The notes under the pieces: model-generated | Told to the model about the DNA's origin: nothing | The model's database searches: none | What the model saw: the letters and a program-made list of their open reading frames with translations, nothing else | Shown here: positions 1 to 9,255 of the stretch, in pieces | How positions within the stretch are numbered: the first letter of the stretch is position 1 | How the letters are laid out: every line of letters begins with the position of its first letter | Assembly: GCA_946566685.1 (NCBI GenBank) | Contig: CAMNXA010000006.1 | Location: forward strand, 14,699 to 78,698 | Direction of reading: 5' to 3' | DNA length: 64,000 nt | DNA from: an uncultured Lachnospiraceae bacterium | GTDB taxonomy: Bacteria > Bacillota > Clostridia > Lachnospirales > Lachnospiraceae | Translations under genes and position numbers: made by a program

Positions 1-506
1 CTTGTAAAATCAACCACCGTTACCAGTGTGGAATCCGAATTGACTACAAGCCCGGCGTTCTGGAAACCAATAAATGCCACAAACAGGCCGATACCCACGG
101 ATACACCCTTTTTCAACTGTATCGGAATCGCATTGAAGATAGCCTCTCTCACATTCGTTACGGAGAGAACAACGAAGATCAAACCTTCCACGAAGACCGC
201 AAGCAGTGCGATCTGCCAGGAATACCCCATTGCACCGCAGACTGTATAAGCAAAATAGGCATTCAGTCCAAGACCCGGCGCCAATGCGAAGGGATAATTC
301 GCTAACAGCGCCATCGCAATAGTGCCGATGAATGAAGCGAGCGCTGTGGCCATCAAAATCGCCTGACTGTCCATGCCTGATGCAGACAGAATAGACGGAT
401 TGACCGCCAGTATATACGCCATGGTCATAAATGTCGTAACGCCGGCAACCACTTCGGTCTTGATGTTGGTGTTGTTCTCTTTGAGTTTAAACCATTTTTC
501 TAACAT
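1..506 (-). CDS. NCS2-family purine (guanine/hypoxanthine/adenine) permease, N-terminal part; the gene runs off the left edge
   Basis: My own minus-strand translation from the ATG at 506-504 reads MLEKWFKLKENNTNIKTEVVAGVTTFMTMAYILAVNPSILSASGMD... and stays open to position 1. This N-terminus is typical of AzgA/PbuG-type permeases. The gene lies directly downstream of apt. Confidence 0.8.
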   Translation of the reverse strand, partial: MLEKWFKLKENNTNIKTEVVAGVTTFMTMAYILAVNPSILSASGMDSQAILMATALASFIGTIAMALLANYPFALAPGLGLNAYFAYTVCGAMGYSWQIALLAVFVEGLIFVVLSVTNVREAIFNAIPIQLKKGVSVGIGLFVAFIGFQNAGLVVNSDSTLVTVVDFT

Positions 507-532
507 CACATTTCTCCTTTTCTCATAAGGTT

Positions 533-1057
533 TTATTTGCCTTCATAGATGATGACACTGTCAACATTGTAGTTTTTCAGGCGTTCCCGCCCTTTTAAGC
601 CGGCTAATTCCATAAGGAAAATCACCTTGACCACTTCTCCGCCCAGTTCTTCAATCATCTGAATGCTCGCTTCAATTGTACCTCCCGTGGCAATCAGGTC
701 GTCCACAACTACCACTTTCTGCCCCGGTTTGATGGAATCCCGGTGCATTTCCACTACTGCGCTGCCATATTCCAGACTGTATTCCTTTGAAATCGTATCC
801 AGGGGAAGCTTGCCCTTCTTGCGCACTGGCACAAATGCTTTATGCAAGGCATAGGCGATGGGCACCCCAAAAATGAAACCTCTGGATTCCGTTCCCACAA
901 TGACATCGAAATCGATGCCTTCCAGCAGATTCTTCATTGAATCGATTGCTAGTGTCAATCCATCCGCATCTTGCAGCACACTGGTCACATCCCGGAATAT
1001 AATGCCTTTTTCCGGAAAATCGGGAATACTGCGTACATATTCTTCCATCTTCTTCAT
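533..1057 (-). CDS. apt: adenine phosphoribosyltransferase
   Basis: MKKMEEYVRSIPDFPEKGIIFRDVTSVL... and the PRPP-binding loop VVVVDDLIATGGT match apt. The ORF-track start at 1072 is a GTG. The ATG at 1057 lies 8 nt after GGAGG. Confidence 0.93.
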   Translation of the reverse strand: MKKMEEYVRSIPDFPEKGIIFRDVTSVLQDADGLTLAIDSMKNLLEGIDFDVIVGTESRGFIFGVPIAYALHKAFVPVRKKGKLPLDTISKEYSLEYGSAVVEMHRDSIKPGQKVVVVDDLIATGGTIEASIQMIEELGGEVVKVIFLMELAGLKGRERLKNYNVDSVIIYEGK

Positions 1058-1200
1058 TTGCTTTTCCTCCACCCCATAGTCAGAAATCTTTCTGTCATCT
1101 TTATCCTGATATAGTCACAAAATTTTCCAACTTTTTTAACACCTCTTTTACTATACCATAACTCTTTTCAAAATAACAGATGCAAGAATCATAAAACCGA

Positions 1201-1229
1201 TTGACATTCCTTCTGGATTGTATTAAGAT
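1201..1229 (+). promoter_or_regulatory. sigma-70-like promoter candidate for the MATE gene
   Basis: TTGACA (1201-1206), a 17-nt spacer, then TAAGAT (1224-1229), about 45 nt upstream of the ATG at 1275. Confidence 0.35.
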
Positions 1230-1274
1230 GTCAGCACATTGCCCGAAATAAAAGCAAGGAGATACATAACTGCC

Positions 1275-2651
1275 ATGAAACACCTGACTACCACAAAAGA
1301 CAACTTTTATCCCCAGATTCTGAAATTGGTGGTTCCCATCGTGATTCAGAATCTCTTAAGCGCTGCCGTCAATTCCGCTGATGTGATCATGTTAAACGAG
1401 GTGGGACAGTCCTCCATCTCCGCGGTATCACTGGCCGCCAACTACGCCAGCGTCCTTTTTATGATCTACTATGGTCTTGGCACCGGCGCTTCCATGTTGA
1501 GCGCTCAGTACTGGGGAAAGGGGGAGGTACAGGCTATCCGTGTGATCGAGGGCATTGCCCTTCGTTTCTCCCTGCTCATCACCTTATGCTTTTCCGCTTT
1601 TGCCTTATTTGCACCTGAATTAATGATGGAACTCTTTACCAACGATGCCGAGTTGATCGCTATCGGTGCGGACTATCTGCGCGTAATGTCAGTTACTTAT
1701 CTGTGCTGGGGCGTGGTGGAGATTTATCTTGCGATCCTTAGAAGCATCGGCCAGGTAACCATCTCCATGGTCTTAAATGTCATGGCCTTCACCCTGAATA
1801 TCATTTTAAATGCGGTGTTCATTTTCGGGCTGTTCGGCGCCCCCAAATTGGGAGCGACCGGTGTTGCGATTGCTACCGCCCTCTCCCGTATCATCGAGCT
1901 TTTGGGCTGTATCATCGCGTCTTTGTTTAATAAACAGGTGAAGCTGAATCCTGCCTATATGTTTATCCGCAATAAACTATTGTTCAAAGATTTCATCAGA
2001 TTGTCCCTGCCGGCGCTTGGCAATGATCTGTCCTGGAGCGTGGCCTTTTCCATGTATTCCGTAGTGCTGGGACATCTGGGTTCCGATGCCGTAGCCGCCA
2101 ACTCCTTTGTGGTGGTGGTGCGCAATTTCGGTACGGTGCTGTGCTTCGGCACGGCCAGCGCCGGCGGCATCCTTCTGGGCAATGTCATGGGTGCAGGAAA
2201 TATGGAACACGCGAAAGAATACGCCTCCAAACTGATGAAACTCACTGTCATCACCGGTGCCATCGGCGGCGCCCTTGTGCTGGCCGTGACTCCCCTCGTG
2301 CTGCATTTCGCGGATTTAAGCGATACAGCCATGCATTATTTAAAATATATGCTTCTCATCAACACCTACTATATCATGGGTGCCGCCGTCAATACCACCC
2401 TGATTGCCGGTGTGTTCCGGGCTGGCGGCGACAGCCGTTTCGGACTGATCTGCGATACCATAGATATGTGGTGCTATGCGGTGCCTCTTGGGTTTATTGC
2501 TGCTTTCGTCTTTAAGCTGCCGGTGATGGTAGTATATTTCCTGCTGTGCACCGATGAATTTGTGAAATGGCCCTGGGTCATCAAGCATTACCGCAGTGGG
2601 AAGTGGCTTAAGAATATTACGAGGGAAGGGTTGTTTGAGGAAGAGGGGTAA
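1275..2651 (+). CDS. MATE-family efflux transporter
   Basis: A 12-TM style protein with the typical MATE N-terminus ...ILKLVVPIVIQNLLSAAVNSADVIMLN... The ATG at 1275 follows AAGGAG. Confidence 0.9.
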   Translation: MKHLTTTKDNFYPQILKLVVPIVIQNLLSAAVNSADVIMLNEVGQSSISAVSLAANYASVLFMIYYGLGTGASMLSAQYWGKGEVQAIRVIEGIALRFSLLITLCFSAFALFAPELMMELFTNDAELIAIGADYLRVMSVTYLCWGVVEIYLAILRSIGQVTISMVLNVMAFTLNIILNAVFIFGLFGAPKLGATGVAIATALSRIIELLGCIIASLFNKQVKLNPAYMFIRNKLLFKDFIRLSLPALGNDLSWSVAFSMYSVVLGHLGSDAVAANSFVVVVRNFGTVLCFGTASAGGILLGNVMGAGNMEHAKEYASKLMKLTVITGAIGGALVLAVTPLVLHFADLSDTAMHYLKYMLLINTYYIMGAAVNTTLIAGVFRAGGDSRFGLICDTIDMWCYAVPLGFIAAFVFKLPVMVVYFLLCTDEFVKWPWVIKHYRSGKWLKNITREGLFEEEG

Positions 2652-2770
2652 TAGCAACCGCCATTTGCTTTTTGGCCCCTCTTAAGTTCTTTATAAATTT
2701 TTCTATACATCTTATAATAAAGTATATAACGCATCCTGATACAAACACAAAGAAAGCAGGTATCCTTTCC

Positions 2771-3238
2771 ATGAACACCAAACTCACCGCAAAATACCTA
2801 CAGTTTCTGCGCAAAAGCCATAACTACACGCAGGATGACCTGGCAAAAAGACTGGATATCTCCCGCCAGGCCGTTTCCAAATGGGAAACCGGAACTACAC
2901 TGCCTGATCTGGAGGTGCTGCTAAAAATATCCAAATTATATAATGTAACGATAAATGAAATATTAGAACCGCAGACATACCCGCAGAAAATATCCGATTT
3001 TGAGCAGATTCCCATGATTCCGGGCGATGAACTGGAAGAAATATTAGAGCAGTTTGATACACACGCAATTGCAGCCGCCCTTATGGGTGCCTCACCTGAA
3101 ACGAATCTTTATATAGAAAAACTGCTCCCTGATATCGACCTGAAAACGGCTATACAAGCCATTGGACAAATCAGAATAGAAGAAGTAGAAGAGATACAGA
3201 ACCAGATTGTTGCCATGATAAATCTACAGGCACTATAA
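2771..3238 (+). CDS. XRE-family HTH regulator with a FliG_C/MgtE_N-like C-terminal domain
   Basis: The N-terminal HTH is LRKSHNYTQDDLAKRLDISRQAVSKWETGTTLPDLEVLLKISKLYNVTINEIL. The C-terminus HAIAAALMGASPETNLYIEKLL...AIGQIRIEEVEEIQNQIVAMIN resembles the FliG C-terminal / MgtE N-terminal helical motif. Confidence 0.6.
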   Translation: MNTKLTAKYLQFLRKSHNYTQDDLAKRLDISRQAVSKWETGTTLPDLEVLLKISKLYNVTINEILEPQTYPQKISDFEQIPMIPGDELEEILEQFDTHAIAAALMGASPETNLYIEKLLPDIDLKTAIQAIGQIRIEEVEEIQNQIVAMINLQAL

Positions 3239-3240
3239 TC

Positions 3241-3267
3241 AAAGACCGCAAAAGCGGTCTCTGATTT
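3241..3267. terminator. bidirectional stem-loop between convergent genes
   Basis: AGACCGC-aaaa-GCGGTCT (3243-3260) forms a 7-bp perfect stem. T-rich sequence follows on the minus strand (TTTGATTAT) and a weaker run follows on the plus strand. Confidence 0.6.
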
Positions 3268-3805
3268 ACTTTCCCATTCTTATCTTCGCCCGGAAATCCT
3301 TCCGGCTGTAGACTTCCATTTTCTGATATATATGTGATACATGTTTCTTGACCGTAGTTTCCGCGATATACAATTCTTCTCCAATCTGTCTGTTGGTGTA
3401 ACCGCGATAGAGGAGCCATGCCACTTCCAATTCCCGTTCAGACAACGCGCTGCCCTGTGCGGCTTTCAGAAAGTCAGCATATACGTCCTCATAGTTTCTG
3501 GACTCCTGCCGATCCGCCTGCTGGTTCGCTACCTGCCAATCTGCTGCCTCCGAAAGCTCACCTGCCATCTCGTCTTTTCCGGGTATCCCTGTCTGCGCAG
3601 CCTTTCCCTGTCCTTTGATCTGGTCTGTCACACGAATATACAGTACCAGCACTACCGCCAGGGCAATACCAAGAAACAGGGTTCCCAGAACCGAAACGAC
3701 AGAATCTTTCCTCTCTCCCAACATGCCCATCTGATATAACAGCAATCCTGTCACAAGTACCACATAGCCGGCTCCCAAAAGCCAGCGGAGTGCCTGTTTT
3801 TCCAT
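3266..3805 (-). CDS. membrane-anchored LuxR-family (GerE-type HTH) regulator
   Basis: The C-terminus is LSERELEVAWLLYRGYTNRQIGEELYIAETTVKKHVSHIYQKMEV. There are two predicted N-terminal TM helices. The start is uncertain (ATG 3805 versus GTG 3832). Confidence 0.7.
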   Translation of the reverse strand: MEKQALRWLLGAGYVVLVTGLLLYQMGMLGERKDSVVSVLGTLFLGIALAVVLVLYIRVTDQIKGQGKAAQTGIPGKDEMAGELSEAADWQVANQQADRQESRNYEDVYADFLKAAQGSALSERELEVAWLLYRGYTNRQIGEELYIAETTVKKHVSHIYQKMEVYSRKDFRAKIRMGK

Positions 3806-3841
3806 GCCTGTAAATGCCTCCGTCTCCTTCACCCTTGTCAG

Positions 3842-4363
3842 TTACCGGTCACTGCCTGTATCTGGTACGGTCTGCTGTACTGCATCCATTTCCATCTCTG
3901 TCTCCAGTTCCATATAGTTAATGATCCGCCGTTTCACCTCAAGAAGCAATGGCAGAAGCAGCATTTCCAAAATAACCGCATAGAACATGGTCAGAACCAC
4001 CACCGCAATATTAGGGCCAAGCAACGATGGATCGCTGATATTTACCATCACATACATTACAGAGACCATCATTGTCAGTATGCCGGCATACCATATCTGT
4101 TTCTGAATCATTTCCAACACATCCTTTGTCCGGCGCAGTTCACTCAAGTGACAGGTAAAGTCTTTCTTAAGCAGTTGAAAGGCTCTCTTAAAGTCCTTCC
4201 ACAGTCCACCCCTCATGAAAATTGGAACTATAAATACAATCATAATCAATATCGTTGGAAAATCAACAAACCAGCTAAGACTAAAAGTTTTATCCCCCCC
4301 CGTATAGGTCATTAACATCAGAAAAGCCATTCCCCCTACAATACTTATGATTTCCATTATCAT
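3842..4363 (-). CDS. short MotA/TolQ/ExbB-family proton-channel-like membrane protein (orphan; no MotB/ExbD partner seen)
   Basis: FVDFPTILIMIV... near the N-terminus and ...NISDPSLLGPNIAVVVLTMFYAVILEMLLLPL match the conserved TM3-TM4 region of the family. The ATG at 4363 lies 7 nt after AGGAGGA. The upstream Lys/Arg-rich extension of the ORF is discarded. Confidence 0.55.
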   Translation of the reverse strand: MIMEIISIVGGMAFLMLMTYTGGDKTFSLSWFVDFPTILIMIVFIVPIFMRGGLWKDFKRAFQLLKKDFTCHLSELRRTKDVLEMIQKQIWYAGILTMMVSVMYVMVNISDPSLLGPNIAVVVLTMFYAVILEMLLLPLLLEVKRRIINYMELETEMEMDAVQQTVPDTGSDR

Positions 4364-4559
4364 ACCTGATTCCTCCTGTCTTTTATTCTTTTTCCTATTT
4401 TCTTTCTCGCGAGCTGTCAACGCTTTTCGGCGTCTCTTTGATAAAACCTTACCATGGTATGATGCCAAAATCTATACTACTTTCTATCCTGAAGGGTAGT
4501 AAATTGAGCAAAAAGGAACCGGTACACACCGATTCCTCATAATGCATCACTTTTATAAA

Positions 4560-5336
4560 TCAATACTTCGTCAAAAACTGTCTCGTTCTCTCTTCTTTCG
4601 GATGATCGATCACCTGTCTGGCATCTCCCTGCTCCACGATCACACCCTCGTCCATAAAGATGATCTGATCTGCCACATCCCTGGCAAAACTCATCTCATG
4701 GGTCACGATGATCATGGTCGTATGCTGATCCGCCAATCCACGGATGACCTTCAAAACTTCTCCGGTCAGTTCCGGATCCAGGGCGGAGGTGGGTTCATCG
4801 AAACACAGGATATCAGGCTGCAAGGCAAGGGCCCTGGCTATCGCTACCCTCTGCTGCTGCCCGCCGGAAAGCTGATGAGGATAATGCTCCATGCGCTCCG
4901 CCAGTCCCATCTGTTCCAGGAGTGCTTTGCCATGTTTCTCTATCCCTTCCAGAATCTCTTTCTTATTCTGTTTAAAATCAGGTCTCTCCTTTGCCAGAAG
5001 CTTTTCTGATAAAGTCACATTTTCCAGGGCTGTATATTGCGGAAACAGGTTAAAGGACTGAAATACCATTCCAAAATGCAGCCGTTTCCGGCGAAGATCC
5101 TTTTCCTGCTCCTTCAGTGGTCTGGCCGCGTCAAACAGCGTCTCCCCGCGTACCATAATAGAACCCCTGTCCGGCACTTCCAGAAAATTCAGACAGCGCA
5201 GCAAAGTGGTCTTGCCCGACCCGGAAGAACCGATGATTGCCAGCGCGCTGCCCTCTTCCAGATCAAAACTCACATCGCGCAGGACTTTGGTAGATTCAAA
5301 ATGTTTTTCGATATTTTTTACTTCCAAAACAGCCAT
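4560..5336 (-). CDS. polar amino acid ABC transporter ATP-binding protein
   Basis: Walker A is GSSGSGKTT, the signature is [15 protein letters not shown] and Walker B is [12 protein letters not shown]. The ATG at 5336 follows AGGAGG. Confidence 0.93.
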   Translation of the reverse strand: MAVLEVKNIEKHFESTKVLRDVSFDLEEGSALAIIGSSGSGKTTLLRCLNFLEVPDRGSIMVRGETLFDAARPLKEQEKDLRRKRLHFGMVFQSFNLFPQYTALENVTLSEKLLAKERPDFKQNKKEILEGIEKHGKALLEQMGLAERMEHYPHQLSGGQQQRVAIARALALQPDILCFDEPTSALDPELTGEVLKVIRGLADQHTTMIIVTHEMSFARDVADQIIFMDEGVIVEQGDARQVIDHPKEERTRQFLTKY

Positions 5337-5351
5337 ATCCACATCCTCCTT

Positions 5352-6008
5352 CTACCTGAAATAATCCAGCCTGCGCTCGATATAATTAAACAACAGTGTC
5401 AGAATACCCACAAATGCCAGATAGAACACGCCCGTGTAGAAAAGGGGCCAAGTAATGCCCTGACTCTTCATAAAGGAATAGCCGGCAAAGGTCAGTTCAT
5501 AGGCGGCAATGATACGCGCCAGGGAAGTATCTTTCACCAATGTCATGACTTCATTGGACATAGGCGGCACCACTCTCTTGATCATCTGCAACAGCGTAAC
5601 CTTGAAAAAAATCTGGCTCTTGGTCATGCCCAGCACTTCTCCTGCCTCCCGCTGTCCCACCGGCACCCCTTCGATGCCGCCGCGGAAGATTACGGAGAAA
5701 TAGCAGGCATAATTGATGCTGAAGGCCACCACCGTAGCCGTGATCCGCCCCGACTCACTGCCGTTCCAGATGTTATGGCCAAGCCACAGGCCGGGGCCGT
5801 AAAAGATAATAATCAGCTGTAACATCAAGGGTGTGCCCCGGATGATCCACACCAATGTCTGTATCAATCCACGAAGCAGTCCCCACCTGCTCATCACCCC
5901 AAAAGACAGGACCAGTCCCAGAGGCAGTGAAAAGAGCAAGGTGAAAATAAATATTTCAAAGCTGGTCCAAAGCCCGTCCAGCAAAGACAGCGTAACACTC
6001 CAAAACAT
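5352..6008 (-). CDS. amino acid ABC transporter permease (His/Glu/Gln/Arg type)
   Basis: It has a multi-TM profile and the EAA-like loop REAGEVLGMTKSQIFFKVTLLQMIKRVVPPMSNE. Confidence 0.9.
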   Translation of the reverse strand: MFWSVTLSLLDGLWTSFEIFIFTLLFSLPLGLVLSFGVMSRWGLLRGLIQTLVWIIRGTPLMLQLIIIFYGPGLWLGHNIWNGSESGRITATVVAFSINYACYFSVIFRGGIEGVPVGQREAGEVLGMTKSQIFFKVTLLQMIKRVVPPMSNEVMTLVKDTSLARIIAAYELTFAGYSFMKSQGITWPLFYTGVFYLAFVGILTLLFNYIERRLDYFR

Positions 6009-6017
6009 GCCATCTTA

Positions 6018-6027
6018 CCCCCCCCCC
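6018..6027 (-). repeat. homopolymeric C10 (G10 on the coding strand) just upstream of the permease start
   Basis: The minus strand reads GGGGGGGGGG-TAAGATGGC-ATG. The tract occupies the Shine-Dalgarno position of the gene starting at 6008. Confidence 0.9.
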
Positions 6028-6067
6028 GCACAAAAATCTGTTATATTAATGACGCGTGCAACCGTCA

Positions 6068-6880
6068 TTATTTATTCGGCACCACAATCACCTGCGCATT
6101 ATTGCAATAAGGATTCGTGCACTCCATTGCCTCTTTCACTTCATTGGTCAATGTCATGCCGTTCCACACCACATCGATATTTTTAGATTCCAACTCCATA
6201 CTCTTATTATCCCAGTCGATGATCACAAACTGTGCTTCCACACCCAGCTTATCTGCCACCACACGAGCCATGTCCGCATCAAAACCGATCCACTCTCCGG
6301 AAGCATCTTTATAATCCATGGGCTCAAACTCCGTGATGCCTACGATGAGAGAACCTTTACCCTGAATATAGGCCACATCACTGTCCGAAGCGGAAGCCGT
6401 ATACTCCGCAGCCGCCTGCTCTACCAATGCCTCCTGCACACCATAGGTGGTCGCAATCTCTTTCATGGATCCGTCCGCATAACTTTCCGCAAACACGGCA
6501 TTGATATAAGAAGCCAGGTCAGAACCCTTGCGGCATCCCACTCCATATTCTTCTGTCGTCAGCTCATCCGTATGTACCAGGCCGGGATAACTGGTGCCTT
6601 CCCCAATCATGGCACCCGCCATCAAAAGGTCGATGATTGCCGCATCCGAAGTACCGGACGCCACCTCCATCAGGGCATCGGCCTGGGATGCCACGGAATT
6701 GGTCTTAAAACCTTTCTCCGCTGCCACCGCTTCCCCGGCGGAACCGGTCTCCACCGCATACACCAGATCCATACCGCCTTCGCTGGCAGATGCCGCCGCT
6801 TCTTTACTCCCGCCGCAGCCTGTCAGCACCGCACAGGACATGACAGATACCATTACCATCATTGCAAGTTTCTTTTTCAT
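6068..6880 (-). CDS. amino acid ABC transporter substrate-binding lipoprotein
   Basis: There is a signal peptide with lipobox VLTGCGG and a type-3 SBP pattern (...VVWNGMTLTNE...). The ATG follows GGAGGAGGA. Confidence 0.85.
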   Translation of the reverse strand: MKKKLAMMVMVSVMSCAVLTGCGGSKEAAASASEGGMDLVYAVETGSAGEAVAAEKGFKTNSVASQADALMEVASGTSDAAIIDLLMAGAMIGEGTSYPGLVHTDELTTEEYGVGCRKGSDLASYINAVFAESYADGSMKEIATTYGVQEALVEQAAAEYTASASDSDVAYIQGKGSLIVGITEFEPMDYKDASGEWIGFDADMARVVADKLGVEAQFVIIDWDNKSMELESKNIDVVWNGMTLTNEVKEAMECTNPYCNNAQVIVVPNK

Positions 6881-6986
6881 AATCTTCCTCCTCCAACTTC
6901 ATTACAGATATTAATAATGTTTTCACACACTTTTGTATTTTATCATAGTAGTATGCTAAAGTAAATCTATATTTTCCATTTGGTGC

Positions 6987-9050
6987 TTACAGCATTTCCA
7001 CCGCAAGCCGGACGTTTCTTCCTTCACACGTATAAGTCCCATCTGCTGCCACTGTAATTCTTGTCATATGATCCGGCTCGTCATACTTCTTGCCCATCCC
7101 GTCATCGTCATACCATTCATACACGGCACGCTCTTTCACGAAAGCAAAGACTTTCATATGATCCGTATGCACATCCTCCGTATATTCTCCGCCATCGGAC
7201 ATGAGCAGCAGCTTATCCGGACGGATAAAGAGAAGCGTTTCGTCAAGCCCTGCCTCTATATAATGATGCCCTGCCGGATATCTGGCCGTATCATAATCGT
7301 CCAGGCTGCGCATCCTGATCATCGCCATCTCCTCCGGCAGATACACATATCTTCCTTTCCCGTTCTGGACAAACACCGGCGCTGTCATAACGCTGTCTCC
7401 TGCCAGCAGCTGATCTTCCACCTGCGGGGCATATGCATCTGCCGTGTACAGGAAAGACAGCGGTTTAAAATACATCTCGTCCCCAAGCGCCGCTTTCATA
7501 AACTCACTGTACAGATAAGGAAGCAGCCCGTAACGGATATGTAAAGTATTCCGCAAAATCTCCTGATTATCAAACCGGTAAACCTCCTGCTCTCTTGTAC
7601 CCATAGCGCTGTGGTTACGCATAAGCGGCATAAAGAGCGCCATCTGCGTCCAGCGGATCAGCAAATCTTCCGTAACGTCCGCCCCAAATCCGCCGATATC
7701 TCCTCCCGTGTACAAAAATCCCACCATATTCAGGGACGGCTGCATCTTATAGTTTAGGAGCATATGCTGCCACCAGGACTTATTGTCCCCCATCCAGATA
7801 CCGCCATAACGGTGCATCCCCACATAGGAAGACCTGGAGAACATCAGAATCCTCCTGTCCGGGCACAATCGTTCAAAGGCTTCTCCCGCCGCTCTGGTCA
7901 TATTATATCCGAAGAGATTATGTACCCGGTCATGACTCACTCTGCCCTCCGGTGTCTGGTGATAGAATTTCTGATAATCCTCCCTGTTATCGGAAAGACT
8001 TCTCACCGCCCCCATAAACTGCTCAAATGTCTCCAGATCCAGATTCAGTTTTCTGCCTTTTAACGCCGCGATCTGGTCTATCACACTGTCCAGACGCTCC
8101 TGCGCATAGAATATGGACGGTTCATTCATATCATTCCAGAATCCATCGACTCCCATATCCAACAGAACACGGTACTGCTCACCAAACCACTTCCTCGCTT
8201 CCGGATTCAGTACATCAGGAAAATGTACCCGGCCAGGCCAGACACCTGCCGTAAATTCTTTGCCGTCTTCCTCTTTACAAAAATACCCTTTCTCAAGCCC
8301 TTCCTCGTAAACGGAATATCCCTCTTCCACTTTGACGCCCGCGTCAATGATCGGTACCACATGCACATGGTCTTCTTTCAGATCCTGCACCATCTTCTCA
8401 AAATGAGGCATCCGCTCCCTGTCAACGGTAAAATCCTTGTACCGCTCCATATAATCAATGTCCAGATAAATGCTGTCCAGCGGCAGATGATTATCCCTGT
8501 GCATCTTGACCACATGATAGATATCTTCTTCCGTCTTATATCCCCAGCGGCTCTGCTGGAATCCAAACGCCCATTTCGGGGGAATATAACTTCTTCCGAT
8601 CAGTTTCCGGAACTCCTTCACAATATCCAGGACGCACATTCCCTCAAACACATAAATAGCAGCATCCGGATAGGCGAGCGTAATGCTCATCTCATCCAGA
8701 TGTGTATAGCCGATATCAAACGTCACAACACCGGGCGTATCCAAAAAAATACCAAAACACGTCTGTCCCCGCACCACCAGGAAGTTATGGGCCGCATAGA
8801 GTGACTGTCTGTCTTCCGTATGATTCGGTTCATCCACACAGCAGCTGCAATACCGCCAGCCTCTCTTGTTGATCCCCCTCACATTTTCTCCCAGTCCATA
8901 CACTGCATCCTCTGCCCCTAAATGACAGGAAAAGCTAAGGTTTGCCCCATTTTCCCGCTTCATATACGGGACTTCTCCCTGACTGCATGCGATATCGCGC
9001 ACCACTGCATCCGTCTGAAAAGGACTGCCAAATATATATTTTCGTACCAT
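6987..9050 (-). CDS. glycoside hydrolase family 31 alpha-glucosidase
   Basis: The GH31 nucleophile motif is GVDGFWNDMNEPS, with ...GGDIGGF... downstream. The length is 687 aa. Confidence 0.9.
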   Translation of the reverse strand: MVRKYIFGSPFQTDAVVRDIACSQGEVPYMKRENGANLSFSCHLGAEDAVYGLGENVRGINKRGWRYCSCCVDEPNHTEDRQSLYAAHNFLVVRGQTCFGIFLDTPGVVTFDIGYTHLDEMSITLAYPDAAIYVFEGMCVLDIVKEFRKLIGRSYIPPKWAFGFQQSRWGYKTEEDIYHVVKMHRDNHLPLDSIYLDIDYMERYKDFTVDRERMPHFEKMVQDLKEDHVHVVPIIDAGVKVEEGYSVYEEGLEKGYFCKEEDGKEFTAGVWPGRVHFPDVLNPEARKWFGEQYRVLLDMGVDGFWNDMNEPSIFYAQERLDSVIDQIAALKGRKLNLDLETFEQFMGAVRSLSDNREDYQKFYHQTPEGRVSHDRVHNLFGYNMTRAAGEAFERLCPDRRILMFSRSSYVGMHRYGGIWMGDNKSWWQHMLLNYKMQPSLNMVGFLYTGGDIGGFGADVTEDLLIRWTQMALFMPLMRNHSAMGTREQEVYRFDNQEILRNTLHIRYGLLPYLYSEFMKAALGDEMYFKPLSFLYTADAYAPQVEDQLLAGDSVMTAPVFVQNGKGRYVYLPEEMAMIRMRSLDDYDTARYPAGHHYIEAGLDETLLFIRPDKLLLMSDGGEYTEDVHTDHMKVFAFVKERAVYEWYDDDGMGKKYDEPDHMTRITVAADGTYTCEGRNVRLAVEML

Positions 9051-9255
9051 AATCCTCCCCCTTTATGTTTTTGTGCAACTATAACATATCCATTTAAATC
9101 TATCAATATCTTTTGTGCATAGGCCACTATATTTGGCCATGTAATTCCCCCTGAAAAAATAGGAGCCCTGATCACTTTGCCTGCTATTGACTTTCTTCCT
9201 TTCTATATGATAATTTTTTATCGTATACCATGTCACATCCCGTAAAGGAGACACT

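Noticed and set aside
1058-1274. A purine riboswitch or T-box upstream of the apt-permease operon.
   Set aside because: Reading the minus strand, I could not find the conserved purine-riboswitch junction sequences or a T-box specifier/T-box motif. Only a promoter-like element for the divergent MATE gene was seen.
4294-4301. A C8/G8 homopolymer inside the MotA-like gene.
   Set aside because: It is in frame as sequenced (it encodes GG within ...TYTGGDKT...), with no alternative-frame signal comparable to the peptide-A case.
6056-6964. A 302-aa plus-strand His/Arg-rich ORF lies opposite the SBP gene.
   Set aside because: It has the composition typical of antisense translation of a GC-normal gene. 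The SBP gene has a signal peptide, a lipobox and an RBS.
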